Assembly (NCBI RefSeq): GCF_001194135.2
Contig: NC_069006.1
Coordinates: 1,839,678-1,897,760 of the forward strand
Reading direction: 5' to 3'
Length of the DNA stretch: 58,083 bases
From: Octopus bimaculoides
Taxonomy: Eukaryota
Below the pieces are notes generated by a model. It had not been told where the DNA came from. It saw only the letters and a list, made by a program, of their open reading frames with translations, and did no database searches. This document shows, piece after piece, positions 12,400 to 24,526 of this stretch (position 1 is its first letter; every line of letters starts with the position of its first letter). Both the position numbers and the translations under genes were made by a program.

Positions 12400-12580
12400 C
12401 TTTTTGGATGTCGCTGTTGTAATTGTTATTGTTGTTGTTTTGGATTTTATTGTTATTGTTTTTCGAGTTGTTGTCTGTTTCTTTTTTCTACGCTGTGTTT
12501 GCTATTGTTGTTGTTGTTGTTGTTGTTCTTCTTCTTCTTCTTCTTCTTCTTCTTCTTCTTTCACTTCTTCTTCTTCTTTC

Positions 12581-12611
<31 letters not shown>

Positions 12612-13750
12612 CTTTTTCTTCTTCTTCTTCTTCTTCTTCTTCTTTTTCTTCTTCTTCTTCTTCTTCTTCTTCTTTTTCTTCTTCTTCTTCTTCTTCTTCT
12701 TCTTCTTTTTNNNNNNNNNNNNNNNNNNNNNNNNNNNNNNNNNNNNNNNNNNNNNNNNNNNNNNNNNNNNNNNNNNNNNNNNNNNNNNNNNNNNNNNNNN
12801 NNNNNNNNNNNNNNNNNNNNNNNNNNNNNNNNNNNNNNNNNNNNNNNNNNNNNNNNNNNNNNNNNNNNNNNNNNNNNNNNNNNNNNNNNNNNNNNNNNNN
12901 NNNNNNNNNNNNNNNNNNNNNNNNNNNNNNNNNNNNNNNNNNNNNNNNNNNNNNNNNNNNNNNNNNNNNNNNNNNNNNNNNNNNNNNNNNNNNNNNNNNN
13001 NNNNNNNNNNNNNNNNNNNNNNNNNNNNNNNNNNNNNNNNNNNNNNNNNNNNNNNNNNNNNNNNNNNNNNNNNNNNNNNNNNNNNNNNNNNNNNNNNNNN
13101 NNNNNNNNNNNNNNNNNNNNNNNNNNNNNNNNNNNNNNNNNNNNNNNNNNNNNNNNNNNNNNNNNNNNNNNNNNNNNNNNNNNTCTTCTTCTTCTTCTTC
13201 TTCTTCTTCTTCTTCTTCTTCTTCTTCTTCTTCTTCTTCATTTTTTGTTTTTGTTTTCGTCTTGCTGATGGTCTATAATATTTCATATGGCATTTTATGG
13301 TTTCGTGATGTTACTGCTGTTGCTGTTGTAGTCGTTGTTGTTAATGATGATGATGATGATGATGATGAAGACGTCAATGATGACAACGATCATGGTGATA
13401 ATGACAATGGTGATGATGGTAACAACGATGACGATAGCGATGATGATAAAGATGAAGCGGCTGCTGACGCTGATAGCGATGATAGTGATGACGATGGTGT
13501 TGACCACGCTATGATGTTGTTATTGTGTTATTGGACGTGTCGCTGGCAGTAGCGATAGCTGGCATTTCGGTAGTGGTGGTGGTGGTGGTGGTGGTGGTGA
13601 TAGTGGTGGTTGTTCTGGTTGTTGTCGTTGTTATTGTTGTTGTTGTTGCTGTTCTTGTGGTTGTTATTGTTGCTTATATTAGCTTTCGTTGTTTATGGTG
13701 GAATCTTTATTCCGATTGATATGGTTGCTGCTGTTCTGGTTGCTGTCGTT
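12400..13750. repeat. Mosaic trinucleotide low-complexity tract (GTT/CTT/GAT/GGT) spanning a gap
   Basis: Read directly from the sequence; the poly-S/L/F/K ORFs here are artefacts. Confidence 0.95.
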
Positions 13751-14207
13751 GTAATTGTATTTTTTATTGTTAACCATAGGCGTAGAACACATAACGTAAT
13801 ACAGAACACTACTAACCTTTCATTTGATACCACTAACCCCCATACATCCCATACACCATTCACATTACAGATCTAGATCTACCCTAATTGCACCAAATCC
13901 AGATCTATTTACCTCCCTTACACATAAACTTTTTACTCAGGGACTAGTAGACCTGACACCGTTTAGTATTCGGTGTGCATTCAAAGCAATGATTAGTAAT
14001 TTTACGAAGCCGGTATGCTGTTGAATCTCTTTAACAATTCACAATAATGACTTTTATTACTTCTATTCCTACCTCAGTTCATCTAATTGTATATATCTAT
14101 CGTTGCTTTTCATAAAAAGCCTTTATTTTTTGATTTCTAATGAGCATTTTCGCTTATTTTTCTTCTTACTTCCCCCCTCTCTCTATATATATATATCTAC
14201 ACATACA

Positions 14208-14237
<30 letters not shown>

Positions 14238-14239
<2 letters not shown>

Positions 14240-14349
14240 CGACGGGCTTCTTCCAGTTTCCGTCTACCAAATCCACTCACAAGGCTTTGGTCGGCCCGAA
14301 GCTATAGTAGAAGACACTTGCCCAAGGTGCCATGTAGTGGAACTGAACC
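14238..14349 (-). mobile_element. SINE family B, 5' half, cut by a gap
   Basis: acgacgggcttcttccagtttccgtctaccaaatccactcacaaggctttggtcggcccgaagctatagtagaagacacttgcccaaggtgcc. Confidence 0.9.
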
Positions 14350-15092
14350 NNNNNNNNNNNNNNNNNNNNNNNNNNNNNNNNNNNNNNNNNNNNNNNNNNN
14401 NNNNNNNNNNNNNNNNNNNNNNNNNNNNNNNNNNNNNNNNNNNNNNNNNNNNNNNNNNNNNNNNNNNNNNNNNNNNNNNNNNNNNNNNNNNNNNNNNNNN
14501 NNNNNNNNNNNNNNNNNNNNNNNNNNNNNNNNNNNNNNNNNNNNNNNNNNNNNNNNNNNNNNNNNNNNNNNNNNNNNNNNNNNNNNNNNNNNNNNNNNNN
14601 NNNNNNNNNNNNNNNNNNNNNNNNNNNNNNNNNNNNNNNNNNNNNNNNNNNNNNNNNNNNNNNNNNNNNNNNNNNNNNNNNNNNNNNNNNNNNNNNNNNN
14701 NNNNNNNNNNNNNNNNNNNNNNNNNNNNNNNNNNNNNNNNNNNNNNNNNNNNNNNNNNNNNNNNNNNNNNNNNNNNNNNNNNNNNNNNNNNNNNNNNNNN
14801 NNNNNNNNNNNNNNNNNNNNNNNNNNNNNNNNNNNNNNNNNNNNNNNNNNNNNNNNNNNNNNNNNNNNNNNNNNNNNNNNNNNNNNNNNNNNNNNNNNNN
14901 NNNNNNNNNNNNNNNNNNNNNNNNNNNNNNNNNNNNNNNNNNNNNNNNNNNNNNNNNNNNNNNNNNNNNNNNNNNNNNNNNNNNNNNNNNNNNNNNNNNN
15001 NNNNNNNNNNNNNNNNNNNNNNNNNNNNNNNNNNCATAGCCAACAGTCACTGGTGAGTTAGTACGATTTGGCAATACTCTACATGTTAGTGA

Positions 15093-15318
15093 AGGCGGCG
15101 TGCTGGCAGAAACGTTAGCACGTCGGGCGAAATGCTTGGCGGTATTTAATCTGTCTTTACGTTCTGAGTTCAAATTCCACAGAGGTCGACTTTGCCCTTC
15201 ATCATTTCGGGGTCGAAAATTAAGTACCAGTTACGCACTGGGGTCGATGTAATCGACTTAATCTGTTTGTCTGTCCCCTCTATGTTTAGCCCCTTGTGGG
15301 CAATAAAGAAATAAGAAT
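15093..15318 (+). mobile_element. SINE family A, full length
   Basis: Co-linear with 7868-8105. Confidence 0.9.
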
Positions 15319-15319
15319 T

Positions 15320-15420
15320 GTTAGCGGTATTTCGTCTGCCACTGCGTTCTAAGTTCAAAATCCGCAGAGGTCGACTTTGCCTTTCATCCTTTCTGGGTTG
15401 ATAAATCAAGTACCAGTTAA
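15320..15420 (+). mobile_element. SINE family A, internal fragment
   Basis: ttagcggtatttcgtctgcc...cagaggtcgactttgcctttcatcc...aagtaccagtt. Confidence 0.85.
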
Positions 15421-15467
15421 CTACTCAGGGTCTCCCTTGAAATTGCTGGCCTACATTTTCTTAGTCA

Positions 15468-15585
15468 CCGAGCTGGCAGAATTTTTGGCACGCCGGGCGA
15501 AATGCTTAGCAACATTTCGTACGTCTTTATGTTCTGTGTTCAAATTCCGCCGAGGTCGAATTGGCCTTTCATCGTATCACTTGAA
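15468..15585 (+). mobile_element. SINE family A, 5' half
   Basis: gagctggcagaatttttggcacgccgggcgaaatgcttagc...gccgaggtcgaattggcctttcatc. Confidence 0.85.
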
Positions 15586-15589
15586 CACT

Positions 15590-15722
15590 AGTACTTAATT
15601 TATCGACCCCGAAAGGATAAAAGGCAAAGTCGACCTCGGCGAAATTTCAACTCAGAACGTAACGACGAGCAAAATATCGCTAAGCATTTCGTCCAACACG
15701 CTAACCATTCGGCTAGCTCGTC
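15590..15722 (-). mobile_element. SINE family A, 5' half, inverted relative to the preceding copy
   Basis: gtacttaatttatcgaccccgaaagg...gtcgacctcggcgaaatttcaactcagaacg...cgctaagcatttcg...ctagctc. Confidence 0.85.
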
Positions 15723-15764
15723 GCCTTCTTTATCGTAATAATAATCTTTTTTAATCTAGACACA

Positions 15765-15923
15765 AGGCCCGAAATTTTGGCGGGGGGGAGCCAGTCGATT
15801 AGATCGGCCTCAGTACACAATTGATACTTAATTTATCGACCCCGAAAGGATGAAAGGCAAAGTCGACCTCGGCGGAATTTGAACTCAGAACGCAGTGGCA
15901 GACGAAATACTGCTAAGCATTTC
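15765..15923 (-). mobile_element. SINE family A, cut by a gap
   Basis: acaaggcccgaaatttt...tacttaatttatcgaccccgaaaggatgaaaggcaaagtcgacctcggcggaatttgaactcagaacg. Confidence 0.88.
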
Positions 15924-17150
15924 NNNNNNNNNNNNNNNNNNNNNNNNNNNNNNNNNNNNNNNNNNNNNNNNNNNNNNNNNNNNNNNNNNNNNNNNNNNNN
16001 NNNNNNNNNNNNNNNNNNNNNNNNNNNNNNNNNNNNNNNNNNNNNNNNNNNNNNNNNNNNNNNNNNNNNNNNNNNNNNNNNNNNNNNNNNNNNNNNNNNN
16101 NNNNNNNNNNNNNNNNNNNNNNNNNNNNNNNNNNNNNNNNNNNNNNNNNNNNNNNNNNNNNNNNNNNNNNNNNNNNNNNNNNNNNNNNNNNNNNNNNNNN
16201 NNNNNNNNNNNNNNNNNNNNNNNNNNNNNNNNNNNNNNNNNNNNNNNNNNNNNNNNNNNNNNNNNNNNNNNNNNNNNNNNNNNNNNNNNNNNNNNNNNNN
16301 NNNNNNNNNNNNNNNNNNNNNNNNNNNNNNNNNNNNNNNNNNNNNNNNNNNNNNNNNNNNNNNNNNNNNNNNNNNNNNNNNNNNNNNNNNNNNNNNNNNN
16401 NNNNNNNNNNNNNNNNNNNNNNNNNNNNNNNNNNNNNNNNNNNNNNNNNNNNNNNNNNNTATATATATATATACATATGTATATATATATGCACACACAC
16501 ATTTATATATATAAATGTGTGTGTGTGAGTGTGTATAAATACATATATATGCATACGTGTATCTGTATGTGTGTGTGTGTATACATGTATATATGGATGT
16601 GTGTATATGTGTGTGCCTATGCGAGTATGTTCGTATATATATATGTGTGTGTTTGCATACATATATGCCAATATTTGTATATACATATATACATAAAAAC
16701 GCACTACATGCACACACACACAAACACACACACACATATATATATATACATATATAAACTCTATCTTTCTTTATCTTGATCCCTTTGTCCGGTTCCTTTC
16801 TATATTTGTAATATTATCTCCCAGACGAAGATAATCTTACAGAAACAAAGACTCAGAGACAAGCAAGAGAGAGAGAGAAGCAGGAATGAAGACATCTACA
16901 CGCTGAAAGAGAGACAGAGGAAGGATAAAACGGCACACAGTGTCATTATTCAACATCATACATCATAGATCATAGATCATAGATCATAAACCACACTAAT
17001 CTCTCTCTGTCTCTCTAATCATTCAATACCTTAAATCTAAATCTCTGCGAGGTTTCGAATTTGTATGGCCAGTGTTTTGATAGTGCAGGAGTGTCTGTGT
17101 GTTTGATGCGCATGCGTGCGGTTTTGCATACATATTGCATATATATTGTG

Positions 17151-17184
<34 letters not shown>

Positions 17185-17437
17185 TGTATGTATATATGTA
17201 TATACGTGTGTGTGTGTGTATGTATATATGTAAATGTGCGCAAACACTGAACATATATGCTTATGTATGTATATGTATGTATATGCAAAATATGTATATA
17301 CTTACAGATAATACATGTGTATATATATGCATACGTGTGTGTATATATAAATGTATATATATATGTTCATATATTCACATATACACACAGCTATAAATAT
17401 ATGTATTTATATATACATACATATATATATATATATA

Positions 17438-17478
<41 letters not shown>

Positions 17479-17744
17479 NNNNNNNNNNNNNNNNNNNNNN
17501 NNNNNNNNNNNNNNNNNNNNNNNNNNNNNNNNNNNNNNNNNNNNNNNNNNNNNNNNNNNNNNNNNNNNNNNNNNNNNNNNNNNNNNNNNNNNNNNNNNNN
17601 NNNNNNNNNNNNNNNNNNNNNNNNNNNNNNNNNNNNNNNNNNNNNNNNNNNNNNNNNNNNNNNNNNNNNNNNNNNNNNNNNNNNNNNNNNNNNNNNNNNN
17701 NNNNNNNNNNNNNNNNNNNNNNNNNNNNNNNNNNNNNNNNNNNN

Positions 17745-17779
<35 letters not shown>

Positions 17780-18001
17780 ATATATACATGTATATTGTAT
17801 ATATGCCTGTGCATGTGTGTTTGTGTATGTGTGTGTCTGTGTGCGAGTGTCCAGTTAGCCGTGTGTGTATACATGATATCATTCTTTCCTTCCGGATATC
17901 ACATTCTTTAAACAATATCAAACGTGAAGGATTAAGCAGATAACACAAGGGTATTTATAATTTCTTTTGTCTTGTATCAATGTTGTTGTTGGTGCTGTTG
18001 T

Positions 18002-18005
<4 letters not shown>

Positions 18006-18066
<61 letters not shown>

Positions 18067-18252
18067 GTGATGGTGATTATTGATGATGATGATGATGATG
18101 ATTTTCTTTTGCTTCTTCATTTCTCTCTGTACAACTTCTTCAAACCATCGTCATCGTATTCATCATCATCATCATCAGCATCATCATCATCATCATATCT
18201 TTCATTATTATCATCGCTGTCATCGACGGTGTCATTGGTATCGTCGTCGTCG

Positions 18253-18331
<79 letters not shown>

Positions 18332-18405
18332 CATCACCACCACCATCACCATCATCATCATCATCGTCATCATCATCATCATCATCACCATCATCATTAT
18401 CATCG
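18006..18405. repeat. (GAT)n switching to (CAT)n compound trinucleotide tract
   Basis: Read directly from the sequence. Confidence 0.95.
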
Positions 18406-19333
18406 TGACGTAGATGTTCTCATATTGTTATTTCTATTTAATCGTCATCTATTTAATCTTGTTTCTCGTCGTTCTCGTTAGTCTAATACCGTTTAATCGA
18501 TATAATTCCAACAACAAAGTTTTATCTTCGTCGTATGTGGTTGTGTGCGTGTGTGTGTGAGTGCGTGTGTGTGTGTGTGTGTATCTGTTTGAATGTATCT
18601 ATCTACTCTAACACCATTTAAAAACTGGTGTCGTTATTTGTATTCCACAAAACATTGTTTTAGAGAAAAACACAGCGTTTACAAAAACCAGGAGGAGATT
18701 TAAATATAAGTTCTGGTGTTGAGTCGAATGTTTGAATCCATCATGACCGGTTACTTATTCGTTTCAGTGTAGATATTTAAACTTTGCTATTATGAATTTA
18801 TCTCCGTTTTTAAAATTGTTTTTCCTTGCTTTGTCTTCGGCCTTATATTCGAAAATTCTAATATGTATACAGAAAGAGAGATACACCTGCGCATGTATCC
18901 TGTATCTTTTACGTATTTCAGTCATTGGACTTCGTCCTTGCTGCCATTTTGAAGTCTGGATCACATCAAGTTTATTTGCCGAACCGCTAAGTTAAGGAGC
19001 AAATAATGACACGCGAGATGTCACAAGCTTCATTTTTATCATCTCTGATGCGTTTTGCCTACAATGTTTGGTCGTAGAGAAAAAGGAAGGCAAATCATTC
19101 AACAAAAGATTCAGTGTTGGAATGAAGAAATGTCAGTGTAGGAGTTAAGCTCTTTGAATATCTGCTGAAGGAGACGCCCATAGTTGCTACACTTGGGCCA
19201 AAAACGGAAACGCCATATCAGTGCTTCTTCTGTTTGAGAGAACGATCAAACAGTGCCATTGCCCGAAATCGATTTGTGTCTACGAAACATATGTATGTGA
19301 ATGTATGGAGAGAGAGAGAGATAGAGAGAGAGG

Positions 19334-19364
<31 letters not shown>

Positions 19365-19527
19365 GGGGCGAGAGAGAGGAAGAGAGAGGGAGAGAGAGGG
19401 AGAGAGAGAAACCGACAGCTAAATAATTTCACACATACATTACTATAAAGGAATGTACGTGTATGTGTATATAATATATATATATATATACTTTATTTAA
19501 AAGCAGCAGAAATATAACAAAAGACTG

Positions 19528-19578
19528 TTACTCTGAGTTTCACGTTCCCGATGAATGGGAACGTGAAACTCAGAGTAA
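19528..19578. repeat. Perfect 22-bp fold-back hairpin containing a hammerhead-like core
   Basis: TTACTCTGAGTTTCACGTTCCC (19528-19549), a 7-nt loop, then GGGAACGTGAAACTCAGAGTAA (19557-19578). Confidence 0.92.
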
Positions 19579-19729
19579 AGCAGGGTTCGCCACCATCCCC
19601 TGCCGGAGCCTCGTGGAGCTTTAGGTGTTTTCGCTCAATAAACACTCACAATGCCCGGCCTGGGAATCGAAACCGCGATCCTATGACAGCGAGTCCGCTG
19701 CCCTAACCACTGGGCCATTGCGTCTCCAC
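19579..19729 (-). mobile_element. SINE family C, 5' portion (tRNA head)
   Basis: Minus strand: GGAGACGCAATGGCCCAGTGGTTAGGGCAGCGGACTCGC...GGTTTCGATTCCCAGG (A and B boxes), same as the head at 20318. Confidence 0.9.
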
Positions 19730-19753
19730 TATATAATATATACATGCATATTA

Positions 19754-19802
<49 letters not shown>

Positions 19803-19854
19803 NNNNNNNNNNNNNNNNNNNNNNNNNNNNNNNNNNNNNNNNNNNNNNNNNNNN

Positions 19855-19891
<37 letters not shown>

Positions 19892-20317
19892 TATATTTAC
19901 TGATATATTTACTTATATAATAAACATGTATACGTATAAACAGTCATTCATACATTCATACACATGTCAAAAGACAGATTTCTGAATTCGTTTTTCTAAA
20001 GCAATGATTACAAGGCGGGGTTGAAAGGATTATGATATTTTCAGTATATTTAGGGTTAAATACAAAAGAATGGACGACATTTCGTTCCATTCTGTATTCA
20101 TAAGAATCCTCCTTTACATTGACTTACGGAGGGACCGAAAGACGCTTCAAATCGTCCCGGTTCAAACTTGCCCTTTCATTGACAATCATAATTGCCTTCT
20201 AAATAAATATATACACTGCCACACAAACACAAACAGACACATCACACACACACACACATGCACACACACACACACAAACACACAGATATAAGGCGAGAGA
20301 GAGAGAGGGATACATGT

Positions 20318-20683
20318 GTGGAGGCACAATGGTCCAGTGGTTAGAGCAGCGGACTCGCGTTCGTAGGATCGCGGTTTCGATTCCCAGACCGTGCGTTGTG
20401 AATGTTTCTTGAGCGAAAACACCTAAAGCTCTACAAAGTTCCGGCAGAGGGTGGTAGCGAACCCTGCTGTACTCTTTCTCCCTCTTTGCTCCAGTTTCTT
20501 TCGTACCTGCATTTCACAACCAGCCTTGTCACATTCTGTGTCACGCTCAATCTCCCCGAGTACTACGTTAAGGGTACACGTGTCTGTGGAGTGCTCAGCC
20601 ACTTGTACGTTAATTTCATGAGCAGGCTGTTCCGTTCATCGGATCATCTGGGACCCTCCTCGTCGTAACCGACGGAGTGCCAC
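20318..20683 (+). mobile_element. SINE family C, full length
   Basis: tRNA-like head with A box TGGTCCAGTGG and B box GGTTTCGATTCC; body shared with 5566-5832 and 23650-23970. Confidence 0.9.
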
Positions 20684-20747
20684 GTCAGATACATGCATAT
20701 GCATAGATACATATAGATACAAGCATATTTACATATATATATATTTG

Positions 20748-20779
<32 letters not shown>

Positions 20780-21504
20780 NNNNNNNNNNNNNNNNNNNNN
20801 NNNNNNNNNNNNNNNNNNNNNNNNNNNNNNNNNNNNNNNNNNNNNNNNNNNNNNNNNNNNNNNNNNNNNNNNNNNNNNNNNNNNNNNNNNNNNNNNNNNN
20901 NNNNNNNNNNNNNNNNNNNNNNNNNNNNNNNNNNNNNNNNNNNNNNNNNNNNNNNNNNNNNNNNNNNNNNNNNNNNNNNNNNNNNNNNNNNNNNNNNNNN
21001 NNNNNNNNNNNNNNNNNNNNNNNNNNNNNNNNNNNNNNNNNNNNNNNNNNNNNNNNNNNNNNNNNNNNNNNNNNNNNNNNNNNNNNNNNNNNNNNNNNNN
21101 NNNNNNNNNNNNNNNNNNNNNNNNNNNNNNNNNNNNNNNNNNNNNNNNNNNNNNNNNNNNNNNNNNNNNNNNNNNNNNNNNNNNNNNNNNNNNNNNNNNN
21201 NNNNNNNNNNNNNNNNNNNNNNNNNNNNNNNNNNNNNNNNNNNNNNNNNNNNNNNNNNNNNNNNNNNNNNNNNNNNNNNNNNNNNNNNNNNNNNNNNNNN
21301 NNNNNNNNNNNNNNNNNNNNNNNNNNNNNNNNNNNNNNNNNNNNNNNNNNNNNNNNNNNNNNNNNNNNNNNNNNNNNNNNNNNNNNNNNNNNNNNNNNNN
21401 NNNNNNNNNNNNNNNNNNNNNNNNNNNNNNNNNNNNNNNNNNNNNNNNNNNNNNNNNNNNNNNNNNNNNNNNNNNNNNNNNNNTGTATACATATATATAC
21501 ATAT

Positions 21505-21668
21505 AAGACGGGCTTCTTCCAGTTTCCGTCTACCAAATCCACTGGCAATGATTTGGTCCGCCCGAGGCTATAGTAGAAGACACTTGCCCAAGGTGCCACG
21601 CAGTGGGTTTGAACCCGGGACCATGTGGTTGGTAAGTAAGCTACTTACCACAGCCACTCCTGTGCCTA
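21505..21668 (-). mobile_element. SINE family B, 5' half
   Basis: gacgggcttcttccagtttccgtctaccaaatcc...gtgggtttgaacccgggaccatgtggttggtaagtaagctacttaccacagccactcctgtgcctata. Confidence 0.9.
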
Positions 21669-21683
21669 TATATGTGTGTGTGC

Positions 21684-21730
<47 letters not shown>

Positions 21731-22394
21731 TACATATGTATAGATACATACATGCATATATACATATATATAGAGAGATATAGAGAGAAAGATATACATA
21801 TGTACATACATACATACATACATACGTACGTACGTACGTACATACACACATACCATTGTATCATATTATACTATCTTTGTGCATGAGTCGCTGAAAGTTT
21901 TTGGAAAGTAGGGACAATAGTGGAAGAAAAGGAAGGATAAATGGTAATATCCTGTTTTAGTACCAGATACTTCCATCGAGGCCATTAGGTCCAAAGTTTT
22001 CAATATGAGGAATCAAAGGATTAAATGTCCTTACCAATGCAAACAAATGGAAGAACTGAAAGAAACAATAGAAGAAAAAAACTAATAAATTAATAAAACA
22101 TCAGAATTGTCTCCATTTTGAATTTACGTTGCAAACGACATTTAGAACGACCTTTAATGTAACTAAATCTAGATACAGTNNNNNNNNNNNNNNNNNNNNN
22201 NNNNNNNNNNNNNNNNNNNNNNNNNNNNNNNNNNNNNNNNNNNNNNNNNNNNNNNNNNNNNNNNNNNNNNNNNNAGTGTGTGTGTATGTTTGTGTGTCTG
22301 TGTTTATATATCTATGTGTTCGTGCTTCTTGTGTTTGTTTGTGCGTGTGCATATGTATATATATATTTCTCAGTTTGTATGTATGTATGAATGA

Positions 22395-22465
<71 letters not shown>

Positions 22466-22626
22466 AGAGAGAGAGGGAGAGAGAAAGATAGAGAGAGAGA
22501 AACAACTGAATATACATGCATACACATAAATGTATGTGTGTGTGTTAGTTCGAATGCATGTGTGCATGTGGATGTGTACGTGTGTGCTTGTGTGGTCGTG
22601 TCGAGATGGAACAGAACCAGAGAGAC

Positions 22627-22683
<57 letters not shown>

Positions 22684-23245
22684 TTGATACTGATATGTGT
22701 AGAGCTATACGAGATATATGTAATATATAAAATAGATATATGTAGTATAGAATACATATATAGATCTAAATATATATATGCGTGCGTATAAACATAAATT
22801 ATATATATATACAGTACATACAGTGAGAGAGAGAGAGAGAGCCAGACAGTAAGTAACATGAAGTACAAACGCAAAGGAGTTCAATACGCAAACAACGAGA
22901 GACACAAATGGAAAACAGGACAAGTAGCATAAAGATCGACCCTTCGTCAGTTGTCGGATGTCTATCTACTCCTCATTTCGAGCAATGAACGACAATAGGA
23001 ATCCTCGAGGATAGTTGCTCCCATACGTGCCAAAATAAAATTTGGGACTTATGGAGGCTCAAAGTTGGGAACAAAAACAGGACAGTGGTGACATACAAGG
23101 AAACCGAGCGAAAACAAACATGGAGGGTCGATAAACCAGAACGAGGGTAAATATATATATACACGTACATACACACATACAAACGCACACACAACATATA
23201 TATACATAAATACATACATACAAACAAAGATATATGTGTGTGTGT

Positions 23246-23291
<46 letters not shown>

Positions 23292-23649
23292 TGATGGTTT
23301 GTTGCCAACTTAATGCGGCAGTCCCTGGCAAGGGAAGGCTGCTACGGCTATTTAGCCCCAGGATGCTGGTTTTAGAGCTCACGATAAGAATGCTTCAGAA
23401 CAAAGCGTCAGTCAAGCAAAAAGAAGTAACAAGAAATTGAATAAATGAATATGGAATTAGAAATGATATAAAGTGTTTCTTTAGCTTACAGCTCATAGTT
23501 GAGTGCTTGAGTATAACTCTATAGCTTCATCAGAGCATGAAAAAGGAAATGCAGTTTTATTTGAGCAAGTATTTACAATTGTGTATATACAGAGAAATGT
23601 ATTACCATCGAAAAGCGCATAAATATATGTAAGAAATGAAGTAAAAAGA

Positions 23650-23970
23650 GGAGTACTCCGTCGGTTACGACGACGAGGGTCTCAGCTGATTCGATCAAAG
23701 GAACAGCTTGTTAGTGCAATTAACGTGCAAGTGACTGAGCACTCCACAGACACGTGTACCCCTAACGTAGTTCTCAGGGAGATTCAGTGTGACACAAAGT
23801 GTGACAAGGCCGGCCCTTTGAAATACAGGTACTACTCATTTTTGCCAGCTGAGTGGACTGGAGCAACGTGAAATAAAGTGTCTTGCTCAAGGACACAACG
23901 CGTCGCTGGGAATTGAACCCACGATCTTACGATCGTGAAACGAATGCTCTAACCACTAAGCCACGCGCCT
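23650..23970 (-). mobile_element. SINE family C variant with a clear CORE-like domain, full length
   Basis: Minus strand: AGGCGCGTGGCTTAGTGGTTAGAGC...GGGTTCAATTCCC (A and B boxes), GTTGTGTCCTTGAGCAAGACACTTTATTTCACGTTGCTCCAGTCCACTCAGCTGGCAAAAATGAGTA (CORE-like), then the family C 3' body. Confidence 0.88.
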
Positions 23971-24489
23971 AAGAAATAGAGTAGGGGTTGAAGACCAGAA
24001 AGCCCTTCTAGAAAAAGTAGAATAAGATGAAATGTTATGCATGTATATGTTTAAAGACAGATATATAAAGAACCCCCATGTATAGAAGTCACAAAGAAAG
24101 CATATAAAAATACAGCTGAGAATGGAGGTTGACAGAAGGTGAGACAAACCAAAACAATGAGAGGAAGAGAAAAAGACGATATTCATGGGGGCCATAAAAA
24201 TGTCTCTGCATGTGCATCCTTGCCTAATTAATAGCTAACAGTTAAGAGGCCGAAGTGCAAATGGACCGTGGAGGCCGCATTTCATTTTTGAAACTCTGAC
24301 GGCGCTATCTGGGTGTTGCACAAGCACTCAAACAGGCGTGCATCACATCTCTTAGCAGAAACAGGTGTAAGCTAATGATCTTCATGGCATAATTTCTTAT
24401 ACCTTAGTCATTTATTTAATTTCTTACACACACACACACACACACATACACACACACACACACACACAAACATATACACATACAGACAT

Positions 24490-24526
<37 letters not shown>

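Noticed and set aside
16825-16970. Acceptor-like ctcccag| followed by a charged 47-aa frame
   Set aside because: The sequence is AG-repeat-like and low in information, with no supporting donor or homology.
19020-19290. Minus-strand peptide faintly like piggyBac (FLYDQTL*AKRIRDDK)
   Set aside because: Only a few scattered residues match, so it is not supportable.
20325-20395. tRNA-like sequences at the SINE heads (also 19660-19729, 23900-23970)
   Set aside because: They have A and B boxes but no intact acceptor stem and continue into SINE bodies, so they are not tRNA genes.
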